This document shows positions 12,564-26,290 of a stretch of DNA of 64,000 bases, piece by piece (the first letter of the stretch is position 1; every line of letters begins with the position of its first letter). Both the position numbers and the translations under genes were made by a program. Source of the stretch: Octopus sinensis (taxonomy: Eukaryota); the NCBI RefSeq assembly GCF_006345805.1, contig NC_043005.1, positions 53,320,001-53,384,000 on the forward strand, written 5' to 3'. Below the pieces are notes generated by a model that made no database searches, was not told where the DNA came from, and was given only the letters and a program-made list of their open reading frames with translations.

Positions 12564-12797
12564 TGTGTGTGTACGTGTGTATTTATGTGTGCGTGCTTGT
12601 GTCTGTGTTTGTCCTCCCCGACCATCGCTTGACAACCGTCGTTCTTGCGTTCCACAACTTAACGGCTCATCAAAAGAGACTGAAAGAATAAGTACCAGCC
12701 TTACAAAGAGTAAGACCTGGGGTCGATTGCTTCAATTAAAGGGTGGTGCTCCAGCATGACCCCAATCATATGACCGAAGCATGTTAAAGAATAAAAG
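11131..12797 (+). mobile_element. Type A SINE split into a 5' half (11131-11294) and a 3' half (12598-12797) by an insertion in its internal microsatellite
   Basis: Halves are colinear with the uninterrupted copies at 34793-35170 and 35500-35925. Confidence 0.7.
11310..12517 (+). mobile_element. Helitron-like element nested in the type A SINE
   Basis: taataaatgcgaaagcg 5' signature; 3' gccc..gatagctatc..gggc hairpin then CTAG (12514-12517) followed by T; internal inverted repeat ~11890-11965. Confidence 0.55.
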
Positions 12798-12886
12798 AAT
12801 ATGTATATACAGGGTGGGTAAGATATTTGAGTACAGATTTATGTTTATAGAAAAAAACCATATATATATATATATATATATACATA

Positions 12887-13639
12887 CTAGCATTAATGAC
12901 CCGTCGTTGCCGGGTCATAGTGCTAGTGCATGTATATATGTGTAAATATATATGTGTACATATTACATGTACATCTATATATATATATATACATCTACAC
13001 ATAAAATGCAACATACAGTTATATCTTGATATCGCTAGTGATAACAATACTCAAAATATATAACAGACTGGAATTGTTAGCTCTTCTTTTTTCTCTACAT
13101 CGTATACTTTATAGACGATAGTCTTTTCTTTAATTTAATTCTTTTATTATCCATCTGGACTATTCCATTTCTGCACGCTAATTATATTTTTAATTTATTC
13201 CCATTCATGTGAAACCACTTATTCAAGTTCAAATCATTGATGCAATTTTATACCAATTGCTATTTTTACTTTTGTATGTTACGATTATATTATACTTTAG
13301 TGTGATTTTAATTATCACTTACTACATATCATTCAATTGTTATTATTATTTTTATTGTTAAAGTGAAAGCATCTGACATAAAATAGAGAAATATTTTTGT
13401 TTCACTTTTAACACGTAATACTGAAATAGTGGAGAAGATATGATATTGCTATGGGTTCGCTCTAGGCAAGAAGTTGAACATTTTTTTGTCCATGAAACTA
13501 CATGGATACTAAGTAAGGCATGTGTAAAATTTGAATGAAATTGGTTGTGTAGTTCTCAATTTTTAGGGAAACACACAGACAGACAGACAGACAGACAGAC
13601 TGACACACACACACATTCTCAGTTTTATATATATAAAGA
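12887..13639 (-). mobile_element. Non-autonomous Helitron-like element
   Basis: Minus strand starts A|TCTTTATATATATAAAA..(GTCT)n and ends atgacccg/cgggtcat hairpin + taatgCTAG|T. Confidence 0.6.
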
Positions 13640-13665
13640 TATATATATATATATATACATATATT

Positions 13666-13815
13666 TTTGAGGAGGGAGCCAGTCGATTAGATCGACTTTA
13701 GTGCGCAACTGGTACTTAATTTATCGACCCCGAAAGGATGAAAGGCAAAGTTGACCTCGGCGGAATTTGAACTTAGAACGTAAAGAAAGACGAAATACCG
13801 CTAGGCATTTTGCCA
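13666..13815 (-). mobile_element. Type B SINE, partial
   Basis: Matches 23411-23624 (ttatcgaccccgaaaggatgaaaggcaaagt..). Confidence 0.8.
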
Positions 13816-14094
13816 AAAAGAAAAAAAGGAAAAGTAATGTGTTGAGGAATTATATTGAGAATGAAATGAGCGGGTAAAAGAATTAGAAAAGTTAAATGAA
13901 GCTTGCATCCATAACAGCAACAACATGGCCAGGCATGGTTTCAAATAAAACTTATGCCAATGTGTGTGGCCATATATTTTCAATTTTTAATCCCAAACTG
14001 ATGAAGCGTTTGCATGCGTCAGTGAGCGCTTGTTCGGGAGTTCCAGTGTTTTCAGGAGTGAGGAAGTACCACTATTTCTTCCTAGGTCTATATA

Positions 14095-14126
<32 letters not shown>

Positions 14127-14179
14127 GACTGAAGTGCATTGATTTTCGCTGTCCCAACCCTTGTTGTGTCACTGATTTT

Positions 14180-14585
14180 ATAGCTGATTGCTTCCTGACA
14201 ACAAGGCTTCTTGTTCAGCTGCAGTGCATAGAAACTTGGGCGTCTTCTATTACAGCTCCGGAGTCAAACAAAGCCTAGTGAGTGTATTTGAGAGACAGAA
14301 ACTGAAAGAAACCCGTTATACACACACGCACACACACATATATACACAAACATACACACACGTATGAATGTATGTATGTGTGTGTGTTTATCTATCGTTT
14401 TTTTTCTCCCACCACCTCTTGACAACCAGTGTTGTTTTGTTCATGTCCCGTAACTTACCGGTACAAAAAAAAAATGAAATTTAAGGAACAGATAAGATAC
14501 GTACGTGAAAAATAAGTGCTAAGGTTGATTTGTTCGACTAACTCCTTCAAGTGGTGGCCGCAGTCCAATGACTGAGACAAATAGT
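14180..14585 (+). mobile_element. Diverged type A SINE
   Basis: gaaactgaaagaaacccg, microsatellite, cttgacaacc..cccgtaactta..gatttgttcgacta..gcagtccaatgactga. Confidence 0.65.
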
Positions 14586-15529
14586 GAATATATTATTAAC
14601 AATCAAATATTACGAAATATAAAAATATGAAGAAAATATATTCACCAGTTATTTATCATAATACAAATTTTTAAAGAATTAAATTCAATACTTGAAAATG
14701 TCTAGTAGATATCGTTTTGGATTGGCTGCAGACTGGGGGCTCCAACCAGATATGATCAGACAAATAAACAATAAATTAAATGCGGGAAGGAATTATAAGA
14801 AAACTCATATTTACTCAGAGACAGTATACGTTGTAAATATATTTGCATAAATAACTCGTAGTGATAAAATAAAACTAATGGCAAAAAAACAAAGATCAAC
14901 ATACCTGATGAAATATATATATCTTCAAACACACACACGCACACACACACACATGCATTTATACTTACAATCACGCATATACGCACATATTTCTCTAATT
15001 TTATTATTGTTTTTTTTCTTTTGTCATATATATAGCACATTCCCTAGTTACCATTTACCATTTCCCCTGTCCAAAAGACGCGTTAGATTTACAATAAATG
15101 TAAAGGACAGTGAATTTTTCACGTGCACAAACACCAAAGCTAATACGGACTCCCTCAAATACATAATGCACCCACGTTGACACATAGACACAGTGACCTT
15201 CCCTTTTCACATAAATACACATACAAATGAATAAATCATATTCATATTTGGCTTTTTTGTTTTGTTTTGTTTTTTTCCAATGAAGTAAGCTAGAACACAC
15301 AACAGAAAAATGCATCATATAGAGTATTTACAAGCAAAATATTGCAATAATACGATTTATAATCTGTATATGATACAAATACAATACAAAGAAAGCAACA
15401 TACTCATATCGGGAAAAAAATGAAGTTATATTTTTTGTCTACACTCTATCGTCGCCATTCAAAAAACTTATTGTCTTATACATATATATATATATATAAT
15501 ATATATATATATATAATATTATATATATA

Positions 15530-15562
<33 letters not shown>

Positions 15563-15591
15563 ATTATATATATAACATTATATATATATAT

Positions 15592-15623
<32 letters not shown>

Positions 15624-15768
15624 CATGTATATATATATATATGTATATATATATATACATGTATATATATGATATGCATATCTACGCATATATATTTATT
15701 ATTTATATATATAATATATATATAATATATATATATAATATACATATATATATATATACATGTATATA

Positions 15769-15800
<32 letters not shown>

Positions 15801-16845
15801 CATGTTATATATGCATATAGCTACGCATATATATTTATTTATATATATGTACATATATATGTATATACATACATATATATATGTATACATATATGATATA
15901 TACATACATAAATTTGTATATATATATATACATATATATGTGTATATATAAATACATAATATGCACACATATATACAAATATTATATAGATTTTATATTA
16001 TGTGTCACCATACATATTCACGCGCACACGTATATGAATTTATTTGCACGCTGAATGTATAAGTTTTATATATTAAGTAAAGATCATGATGAGAGACGAA
16101 GACGTTACGATGTAATGACCAACATCTTGTAGAAAATATATCGTACATCGTACATTGTCTTGCATCTATGTGTAAAACAGATAAAGCAATAAAAATGGAG
16201 GATGAAAGAGGTGAAAAAACAAATAAAATAGCGCAAGATGTCCAAAACAGAGGGGCGTAAATAATCCTTAAATAATAGGTGAATGAAGAAAGAAAAATAG
16301 CAATAACAATAGTAATAACTGCAAAAATTATATATAATAACTGCGAATGTATATAGTAAAGACAAAAAGAAAAGCTTATTGATACACATACGTGCATATA
16401 CACAACACCTTTCTCTCTGGAGAAAAAATAGAAAAATAAACAAAGAAACTAAGAAGAAAACAAAACACGAAGACATTTAATCAAAAAAGAAAGGAGAATA
16501 ACACAAGAAACAATAAAAATATTATTAATAAAAAGTATTTAAAACTGACCGAAAAAATTTATATTGACCATAAATAAGAAAAGAATAAGCAGAAAGAAAA
16601 GTACAATAAACAAAGAAAATTTCCTTCCTCCCCCGCTCATCTCTCTCTCTCGCTCTATATAGAAAAAAATTCCTTCTCACCATTCCACACCGGCGAGAAA
16701 GAAAAGAAACCCCGAAACAACCGTGAACGTATCATTCGTAACATGGACAAGACCCAATTGCCTTTCCTTAGACGACATCAATCACTTGTCTGACCTTGCT
16801 TTTTAGACTTTTCATACATTTCTTTTATACTTTTCTTATATATTA

Positions 16846-16876
<31 letters not shown>

Positions 16877-17914
16877 GTGTCCTCATAATTTTTCCTCTCC
16901 ATCTTTTGTTTGTTTTGTAATTTATTTATATTTTTTTGGGTCATTTTTCACCTTTTTTATCCGATTCTCTCACTTTGTATGTGTACACGTGTATGTACAG
17001 TACACATGCGTACATCTATGTATTTATGTATGTTTCTATTTATGTGCGTATAGGCATATGTATAGATGTGTGTCTGTATTACATGTATATATGTGTGTGT
17101 GTGTGTGTTTATATATGAATGTGTGTACGTATATATGCTTTTTTTTCTTTCTTTACTTTAGCTTATATTGCGTTACTTTCCGTTTTTCTCACTCTCTATC
17201 TGTCACCCCTCTTTTTTTTCTTTCTATCTTTCACTCTTTGCTTCTCCTTCAATCCCCACCCCCACCCCAGATACCAGTTGTCTGTCTTTCATGTGGTAAA
17301 TAAAATAGTAACTGTTTTCTTATCACAGAAGAATTATTAGCAAGGTTACACACACACACAAGAAAACAAAACAAAAACAAAAAAAAACAAGAAAAAGAAA
17401 GCCGAAGTTAAAAAGAAAGATGAACAAAACAAAACAAAACAAATTTTTCTTTTCAATAATATTTCTTCAGACAAAACTGTTCTTTCGATTATATTGCCAT
17501 CAATCAGGTTTGTCATTTCCCTAACGTTTTTTTTTTTTCTTATTTATTTATACCATTCTAACACTAACTCATCTCCGAAAAGAAAATTATCGTCACTCAC
17601 TCTATCACTTTCTCTCTCTCACTTACTCTCTCTCTCTCTCACTCTCTCCCCTCCCTCTTTCTCTCTCCGTTTTCTTCTGTCTTGTACTCTTATACGCATA
17701 CAATCACTCATTCATAACGCATACACGCACATATACATATTCGCAAACAACTATATAAATTAACACCGATATAAATTAATGTATATACCATGAATCTACA
17801 CATACATATATATGCATATATATGTGTGTGTGCGTGTGTATGTACATATATATATAGATACATAGGTATATATATATGATACATAGGTATATATATATAT
17901 ATTATATATATATT

Positions 17915-17946
<32 letters not shown>

Positions 17947-18307
17947 CATACATATATATATATAATATATATATATATAATATATATATATATACATATT
18001 TATATATATATATGTATGTATTTATTCAGGTGTGTACAATTGTATTTATCATAGTCGTATACACTTGGACGTGAAAATAGCCTTCGCTGTGGAAAGTGTC
18101 CATGGTGAAAAAATTCCATATGCACATTATATACGAAGTCCCCCCCACCCCGTTCAGGACTATGAATGACATCATCAAACCATACAACACTTCCGTTTCT
18201 ACGGAAATACGCTTCCTCAAATACGGACACTGAATTCGTCCTACAGAGCGCCCCTGAACAACCCTCCTTACATTAAAATATTTAAGAGGTATCGCTTCTT
18301 TTATCTT

Positions 18308-18650
18308 TTACTTGTTTGAGTCATTTGACTGCGCTCATGCTGGGGCACTGCCGTGAAGAATTTTTGGTCGAGTATATCGACCCCAGAACTTACTTTTTAT
18401 TCTATCGGTTCTTTTGCCGAACCGTTATGTTTTGTGTACGTAAACAGACCAGAACCGGTTATCAAGCAGTAGAGGGGAGACGAACACAGACACAAAGACA
18501 CTCACATACACACACACGCATCTATATATAGATGTCTTTGATCGGCCCGAGGCTATAGTAGAAGACACTTGCCCAAGGTACCATGCAGCAGGTCTGAACC
18601 CGGGACCATGTGGATCGGAAGCATGCTTCTTACCACACAGCCATGCCTTG
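18308..18650 (-). mobile_element. Type A SINE
   Basis: Reverse complement of the head (cttaccacacagccatgcc) and tail (tcatttgactgcg). Confidence 0.8.
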
Positions 18651-18653
18651 CAC

Positions 18654-19150
18654 ATGTGGTGAAGCAAACTTTTGCTGAACCCTAATTATAATTATACTCA
18701 TAAATATAAGTTTACCGATAATCGTTCTTTTAACATACCGAACTACTTGGTAAAATTATTAATTATTAATTAATTAATTAATTAATTTTACATTATATTA
18801 TTATTATTATTATTATATATATATAATAACAAATTAATAAATAAAATATATGCATACATGCATACATATATGTACATACCTACGTCTATATGTATATATA
18901 CGTGCATATATGTGTACAGGACACAAAAAAAAACGTAGAACACAACGAGAAACGAAAACATAAAAACGAAAACATGGAAACGGACTATTTCAAACAACGA
19001 AAAAACAGAGTACAAGACATACAACACAAGGAACATTCCCCTTCTTCAGCTGCCCCTGCTTCGACTACTCCGTGTTTCGAAGGTAAGGGGAAGACACGTC
19101 TTCGTTGAAACAATCCTTCCCGCAATGCAAATTAAATAAAATTTGTGATA
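18654..19150. repeat. Two-module interspersed repeat (B 18654-18790; A 18905-19150), Penelope pseudo-LTR-like
   Basis: Both modules recur at 54226-54585 in swapped order; module A carries CTGA(A/T)GA on the minus strand. Confidence 0.65.
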
Positions 19151-19175
19151 CATACATACATGCATATATACATTC

Positions 19176-19410
19176 TTTGAGCAAGACACTCTATTTCAAG
19201 TTGACCCAGTTCACTCAGCTGGCAAAAATAGTAGTACCTGTATTTCAAAGTGATAGTGGTGTCACATTCTCTGTCACGCAGAATCTCCATGAGAACTATG
19301 ATAAGGGTACGCATGTCTGTGGAGTGTTCAGACACTAGAACGTTAATTTCATGAGCAGGCTCTCCTGTTGATCAGATCAACAAGAAACTCCGTGGTCGTA
19401 ACCGACGCTG
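19176..19410 (+). mobile_element. 5'-truncated type D SINE with tail 1
   Basis: ttgagcaagacact body; gtaaccgacgctgtgcca end. Confidence 0.75.
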
Positions 19411-19460
19411 TGCCAGTTATATACATATATATATATATATACACCTACACTAACACACAC

Positions 19461-19847
19461 GTGGAGGCGCAATGGCCCAGTGGTTAGGGCAGCGGACTCG
19501 CAGTCATAGGATCGCGGTTTCGATTCCCAGACCGGGTGTTGTGAGTGTTTATTGAGCGAATACACCTAAAGCTCCACGAGGCTCCGGCAGGGATGGTGGT
19601 GATCCCTGCTGTACTCTTTCACCACAACTTTATCTCACTCTTACTTCCTGTTTCTGTTGTGCCTGTATTTCAAAGGGCCGGCCTTGTCACTCTCTGTGTC
19701 ACGCTGAATATCCCCGAGAACTACGTTAAGGGTACACGTGTCTGTGGAGTGCTCAGCCACTTACATGTTAATTTCACGAGCAGGCTGTTCCGTTGATTCG
19801 GATCAACCGGAACCCTCGTCGTCGTAACCGACGGAGTGCTTCCATCC
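19461..19847 (+). mobile_element. Young full-length type C SINE with tail 1 and a 13-bp TSD
   Basis: A box TGGCCCAGTGG, B box GGTTTCGATTCCC; TSD acactaacacaca at 19447-19459 and 19848-19860. Confidence 0.92.
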
Positions 19848-20268
19848 ACACTAACACACAAAACTGTGGCCCACACCTGGCCCACACACATACACACACA
19901 CTCACACACACACTTATACACACATACAAACAGAGAAGTAAAAACAAATACTTTCAATTTTTAATAATTCTTCTCTTCTTCATTTTTATTAATAACTCAA
20001 CCAGGCAAGTACTTCTCAAACACTGTGTTGATAAAATTTGCTGCAGTTTTGATAACCGACTCAAAAAGTAAACAATAACTGAAAAAGAAACAGAAGCGAT
20101 AAAAATATAAAAATATTCTAAAATAATATTCACTCTAGAATGATGTCTGATATTTTTTATTTTCCCCGTGTTTTGTAAAAGATTATCCGAGAAAGCATGC
20201 CGACTAAAAAATATGTAATACGTAAGTATAAGACTAGTGTATGAAGACAGTCAAAAGTTTTCTGCCCT

Positions 20269-20336
<68 letters not shown>

Positions 20337-20682
20337 ACTCTCTCTCTCTCTCTCTCTCTTTCAGCAATGCTTTAAGATTCGTTGTATTAGGGTGTGCACT
20401 GTCGTGGGAGTTGTTTTAGAAAGTAATTATTCTCCCCTTGCCAAAAGAGTGTAATCTATACTTGTTCGGCTCGTTATCAAAATACTTCACTTGCGATTGT
20501 TCTCTCAGTAGACCTGTTCTGTAGATTTCTCATGTAGATAACAACAACAACAACAGCAGCAGAAGCAACAACAACAATAATAATATTAATGATAACAATA
20601 TTTTTATTGTTATAAAGAAATAAGGAAAATATAAAAATACGATAGTGATTATAGAATGTTTTTGAGCGGAAATTTACACACA

Positions 20683-20737
<55 letters not shown>

Positions 20738-21434
20738 ATATATATACATATATATATACATCATATATATATATATATATATATACATAAATATATACAT
20801 GTATATATATGTATGTATATGTGTTTGCCTAGCTAGTCATCAATATATGTATATATATATATCCACTACATATATAACATGTATTTATGTATGTACTTAC
20901 ATACACACAGAAATACACACACACATCATACATATACCTTTATGTGTGTGTGTGTGTATTGAAATCTTTAAATTGTAGCGCATATTGTTCAAATGTAATA
21001 TATTTCTTTCATTCAAATTTTTGCCTAAGTGTTGTTTTATTGTCGGCATTTGAAATATTGAAATGTCTCAAACTTATATATATTGCCTTGATATATTCAA
21101 AACCCTGACCTTATTCTCAAGATGATATATGTTAACAGTCCAATCCTATGCTAGTGTTTATTGACATTAACCAAATAGATATATACATATAAGAGAATGT
21201 TTATTATTTAACGAATTCCATTTTGAATATGACGAACTTCTCAAGCTTTATGATTGTAAACTGAAGAGTTTTTTTTTTATTAAATGCTTTTCACTATATT
21301 ATGTCTTGTAGTTTCACGAGTAGCTTCTACGCTGATATATAACGATGTAAGTTAGACATCATTGTCAATGTTGCTGTAGTCACGTGTTTGTGAATGCACA
21401 CAGACACACAAACATGTATTTGTATATGTATATA

Positions 21435-21469
<35 letters not shown>

Positions 21470-21671
21470 TTATACACATATGCACATATGTATGTATGTA
21501 TATATATATATGTATATATATACATATATATATATGCATGTGTGTATGTATATGTATATATGCGATGTGTATGTACGTATGTGCATATTTGTATATGTGT
21601 ATATATATGTATCTGCATTAACACTTTTATAGAATTGTAGCTTAAATATTCTTCTTGCCTCTATATCTATG

Positions 21672-21703
<32 letters not shown>

Positions 21704-21705
21704 CG

Positions 21706-21775
<70 letters not shown>

Positions 21776-22283
21776 TATATTTGTATAGGAACATATATGT
21801 CTGTATGCGTTTGAGCGTGTACAGGTGTCTATGGATGGGATTTAGAGTGAGCATATATATATATATATATATATATGATATCGAAAGTTTACAATCTCTG
21901 AGTTTTGCCCCACCTCCCACCCTGTTGAGCAAAACACTGATAAGATTGTTAACTTTTGATTCGATTAAGGTATATACATATGCAACCCAACTCTCAGACA
22001 ATGCTGTCAGAAATCCTCAGCGGGTCATTAACACTAAAAACAAGGGAACACTTACCTTGGATGAACAGCAGTTATATCATTGGGAAACTTTGAATAATAA
22101 TAATAATAATAATAATATAATAGTAATATAATAATAATAATGATAATAATAATAACAATAATAATAATAATAATAATAATAATATAATAATAGTAATAAT
22201 AATAATAATATAATATAATAATAATGATAATAATAATAATATTAATAACAATAATAATAATCATAATAATAATAATAATAATA

Positions 22284-22328
<45 letters not shown>

Positions 22329-22357
22329 TAGTAGTAGTAGTAGTAGCAGTAGTAGTA

Positions 22358-22391
<34 letters not shown>

Positions 22392-22393
<2 letters not shown>

Positions 22394-22824
22394 CGATATA
22401 AACGTATCTGTCAAGACCTACCAAAAACTGAGCAAATATAAAGATCTTGAAATAGAAATCAGCAAAATGTGGAACCTGAAGACTAAAACAATACCTGTTT
22501 TCATAGATGCCCTGGGAATGATAGCAAAAGGGGCTGATCGCTACCTAACTCAGATACCAGGAAACCCCAAAATGGCAGAAATTCAAAAGACAGTGCTCAT
22601 GGGAACTGCTCATATCCTGCGCAAAATACTTTCTACGTAATCTCAAGTTTTAAAACAAACATACTTCTTTTTTCTTGACATTCACTAGTACAACACTAAA
22701 TACCAAACCAAATATATGGCACACAAGGCATAACAACATCACGAACTTCCAGCCTGTTGTCTCTTGAGTTCTCTGGGTGAGACTTGGAGCCAACTTGTAC
22801 AAATATAAAACAAAAGTCAAACAG
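22392..22824 (+). mobile_element. Severely 5'-truncated copy of R4/Dong family A in (TAA)n
   Basis: IDINVSVKTYQKLSKYKDLEIEISKMW...GTAHILRKILST* (stop 22638-22640) plus the same 3' UTR as 1798-2018; (TAA)n on both sides. Confidence 0.92.
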
Positions 22825-22837
22825 AATAATAATAATA

Positions 22838-22897
<60 letters not shown>

Positions 22898-23051
22898 CTA
22901 GCTGAGAAATGGAATAGGATGTAGTTTAAGTACCTACGCGTGTAGGTTATGGAATTAACACCGACGGAGTGCCACATCATAAACGGTTATCCAAAACTAT
23001 CTATCTAGGTGCATTAATAGTAGCCAAAACATAATAATTCAATGCAATTCG

Positions 23052-23205
23052 TAAAATGTATAGTCTTCAAGATTGGTTTCAAATTTTGGCACGAAGCCAG
23101 CAATTTCGGCGATGGGCCTAAGTCGATTATATCAACCTCAGTGCTCAACTGGTATTAATTTTATCGATCCCAAAAGGATGAAACGCAAAGCCGACCTTGG
23201 CTCGA
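23052..23205 (-). mobile_element. Type B SINE, 3' part
   Basis: caactggtattaattttatcgatcccaaaaggatgaaa core. Confidence 0.7.
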
Positions 23206-23410
23206 AGATTAATGCATATGGTCGGAGATTAATCCATATAATGTTAAAATCCTTTTAAAGATAATTTTTTCCGTGTTAAATATAGATGATAGTGGAATCT
23301 CGTCAAAGCCTCTGAAGAATGTAAACACAATAGGGAAACCTAGTAATTTGATACAAGGGGAAGAAAATAAACACAATAATAGAAATTACTTGACTAGCGA
23401 ATGGTAATAC

Positions 23411-23624
23411 GATCCTTTTTACTGTAGGCACAAGGCCTGAATTTTGAGGAAGGGAGCCAGTCGATTACATCGACCCCAGTATGCAACTGATACTTAATTT
23501 ATCGACCCCGAAAAGATGAAAGCAAAGTCGATCTCTGTGGAATTTGGACTCAGTACATAAAGACAGACGAAATACCGCTAAGCATTACGCCCGGTGTGCT
23601 AACGTTTCTGCCAGCTCGCCGCCT
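23411..23624 (-). mobile_element. Type B SINE, full length
   Basis: Minus head ggcggcgagctggcagaaacgttagcac; B-box-like gagtccaaattc; tail gccttgtgcctacagtaaaaaggatc. Confidence 0.88.
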
Positions 23625-23713
23625 TGCGAATGGTAATATAATGTGAAAGCGGAAAGATAAACAACTATGGTAAACTAATGAAAAGATGTCTGCTGGTATT
23701 ACACTCAAATTAT

Positions 23714-23744
<31 letters not shown>

Positions 23745-24279
23745 CTTTATTAAAAAGCAGCAAGTTAGTTGTTACAGCTTGTTTAAGCACTGGCCAAGAG
23801 ATTTTGTGCGCCTGTGTATGTATGCATGCATACATATACATGCATTTGTATATATTTATGTCTTGCCTATATATGACTGTATATATATGTAGCCATGTAC
23901 CTGCGTCTGTATATTTAGTGTATATACGTATATTATAGATTGTTTGTTATGTGGATATATCGCTAAATGCATTTGTGAACTAGCGTGAAAATTTTTTTTA
24001 AACGGATATATCTTTTAATTTATCAATTTATCGATATTTTACAGCTAATTATTTACTCTGGGTATTCAGGCCTTTTTCCTTCTTTATAAGCTATTTTTGT
24101 TTTAAGGTTTTCTCCGATTTTTATAATAATATGAATTTAAACCGCAATTTGTTATTTCATGCAACCGGTTATTGAAAAGACCGTTAGTTGAAAGGACCAA
24201 TGAAACGAAACTATTTTCAAATCTGCATCTATCTAAGTAATTGTATTTCTGCATATAACTTTATCTTACTCCATTCTAT

Positions 24280-24430
24280 ACAAAACCGCCCGATGAACGG
24301 GAACATGAAACACTGAGTAACAGTTTTTGTGATATTTTTGCTGCTTTTTAATAAAACATATTACTCTACCACCGGTATTCGAGTGCTATTATTTTCAATC
24401 TCTTTTCGCATTAATGTGCTTACTCTAGTA
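24280..24430 (+). repeat. Pseudo-LTR-like fragment with a degenerate hammerhead-like core
   Basis: cCGATGA-acgggaacat-GAAA-cactga-GTA at 24290-24319. Confidence 0.35.
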
Positions 24431-25827
24431 TATATATATGTATATAAACATTTGTTTACACGCACACCCATACGAACATAATACATAATTGCACGAACTA
24501 CATAAAGGATCATCCATACATACTCATACACCTCATAGAGTAGGCACTTTCTGCACAGCCTACATCATTTTAATAGAGACACATACTCGTTCACCTCGTA
24601 GGATAAACTCTCTAAACTCAACTGCGTATACAAATGAATTCATAAAGAAAGACACAGTCATACAGGCATAAATACATACATACAAGCATACATACATACA
24701 TACACGTGCTATACAACACTTGTATGTAGTAGTAATAGTAGTATTATATTCTATTCTAGCACAGGTTAAAAAAGTCATTCATTATGGTAAAGCTGTCGTG
24801 ATAAATGAGCCACAAACCGATGGCGTTGAAACACTCGCTGTCTAGAAAGATCAACCTCGAGGTAGAGGTGTAAATTTTCCAACAGAAATCCCTACCAAGT
24901 CTAATTCTTGGTTCTGAACTGATTCATACCATTCTCTCTACACAGCACACAGCGTTCTAAAATATATTTGTTTATTTACTATATTTCGTATTCATTTTTT
25001 TTTATCTTTCTATTTAGTTTTCTTTTTCTTTACTTTTAGGGCAAGACATCAGATTCTGACTTCTTTTCTATCAGACACATCTTTCATTTATTTAGCTATT
25101 TCTTTTCTCTTCTTTTTTTTCTCCCCCCCTGTAAACATTCATCTTCCTTTTCTTCTCAATTTTATGGATGTTATTACCGCTGCTGTTACTACTGCTCCTG
25201 CTGCTGCTGCCGTTGCTGTTATTGCTGCTTTTTACTTGCTGTTATTGGTGTTTACACATTCCAATAGTCACCCACCAAACCCTATATTATTCACATTCAC
25301 AATGCGTTTGCCATTGCCGATTCCATTGTGGATACATTCTGCAAGAAATAAAATGCAGACTTGACTAAAAGCTATCAGACCACCTGGAGGTTTCTGCGTT
25401 CCTAAATACATATTATGCTTTTGTAGTACTTAGTGTCTTTCAGATTCAGACATTTTTTTTTTTTCCATTTTTTATGCATAAAACTGTTATCTAAGAATGA
25501 TCGCCGCCATCATTTTTGCTATTATACCATTTTTACCACTTTAACTATTTTAGCAGTTCTTCCATTTTGAAATACAATTAGCCAAAAAGAACGAAGACTT
25601 TTACTTTTATTTATTATATTCATTTATTTTATTTTATTTTATTATTTTTTTTCTGACAGATATTTTGGGATTCATTCTTCAACAATCTGCTGGAATAATC
25701 AGAATGTTTAAAAATTAGGACATTGTAATTGTGCAAAATGATTTGGAGATGCAGTTCAGAGTTGTGGCGTTGTGGTGTGGCACAGTTTTTCTGAGGGTGG
25801 TAGTGTTTTGCTGGCGCTGGAGTGTTG

Positions 25828-25860
<33 letters not shown>

Positions 25861-25868
25861 GTATGTAT

Positions 25869-26047
25869 GCGTGGCAGTATGGTAAGAAGCTTGCTTCCCA
25901 ACCACATGGTTCCGGGTTCAGTCCCACTGCGTGACACCTTGGGCAAATGTCTTCTAGTATAGTCACGGGCCGACCAAAGCTTTGTGAGTGGATTTGTTAG
26001 ACAGAAATATATATATATATATGCATATACCACCGACATACACATAC

Positions 26048-26101
<54 letters not shown>

Positions 26102-26290
26102 TATATATAATATATATATATATAATATATATATGTGCATATGTGTGTGTGTGTGTGCTTGTCCCACCCTTCGCTTGACAATCGATCTTGGTGTGTTTAC
26201 ATCCCTGTAACTTAGCGGTTCGGCAAAAGACCCCGATAGATAAGTCCTGCGCTGCAACAGCATGGTCGTAGTCAGGTGGCTGAAACGAAT
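25869..26290 (+). mobile_element. Type A SINE with an internal (TA)n expansion; an inverted 3'-end copy follows at ~26335-26412
   Basis: Head gcgtggcagtatggtaagaagcttgc, tail cagcatggtcgtagtcaggtggctgaaac. Confidence 0.85.

Noticed and set aside
12810-12850. TA-cagggtgg Tc1/mariner-like end (also TA-cagtga at ~43811)
   Set aside because: No matching second TIR found
13998-14035. CTGATGA followed by aagcg/cgctt pairing
   Set aside because: No GAAA or stem III downstream
16680-16710. HTGEK resembling a C2H2 linker
   Set aside because: No flanking Cys/His finger pattern
18026-18250. Unique block with overlapping ORFs on both strands and a possible acceptor at 18029
   Set aside because: No consistent donor or recognisable motif; strand could not be decided
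19461-19530. tRNA-like A/B-box sequences here and at other SINE heads
   Set aside because: They continue into SINE bodies with TSDs and do not form complete cloverleafs; not tRNA genes
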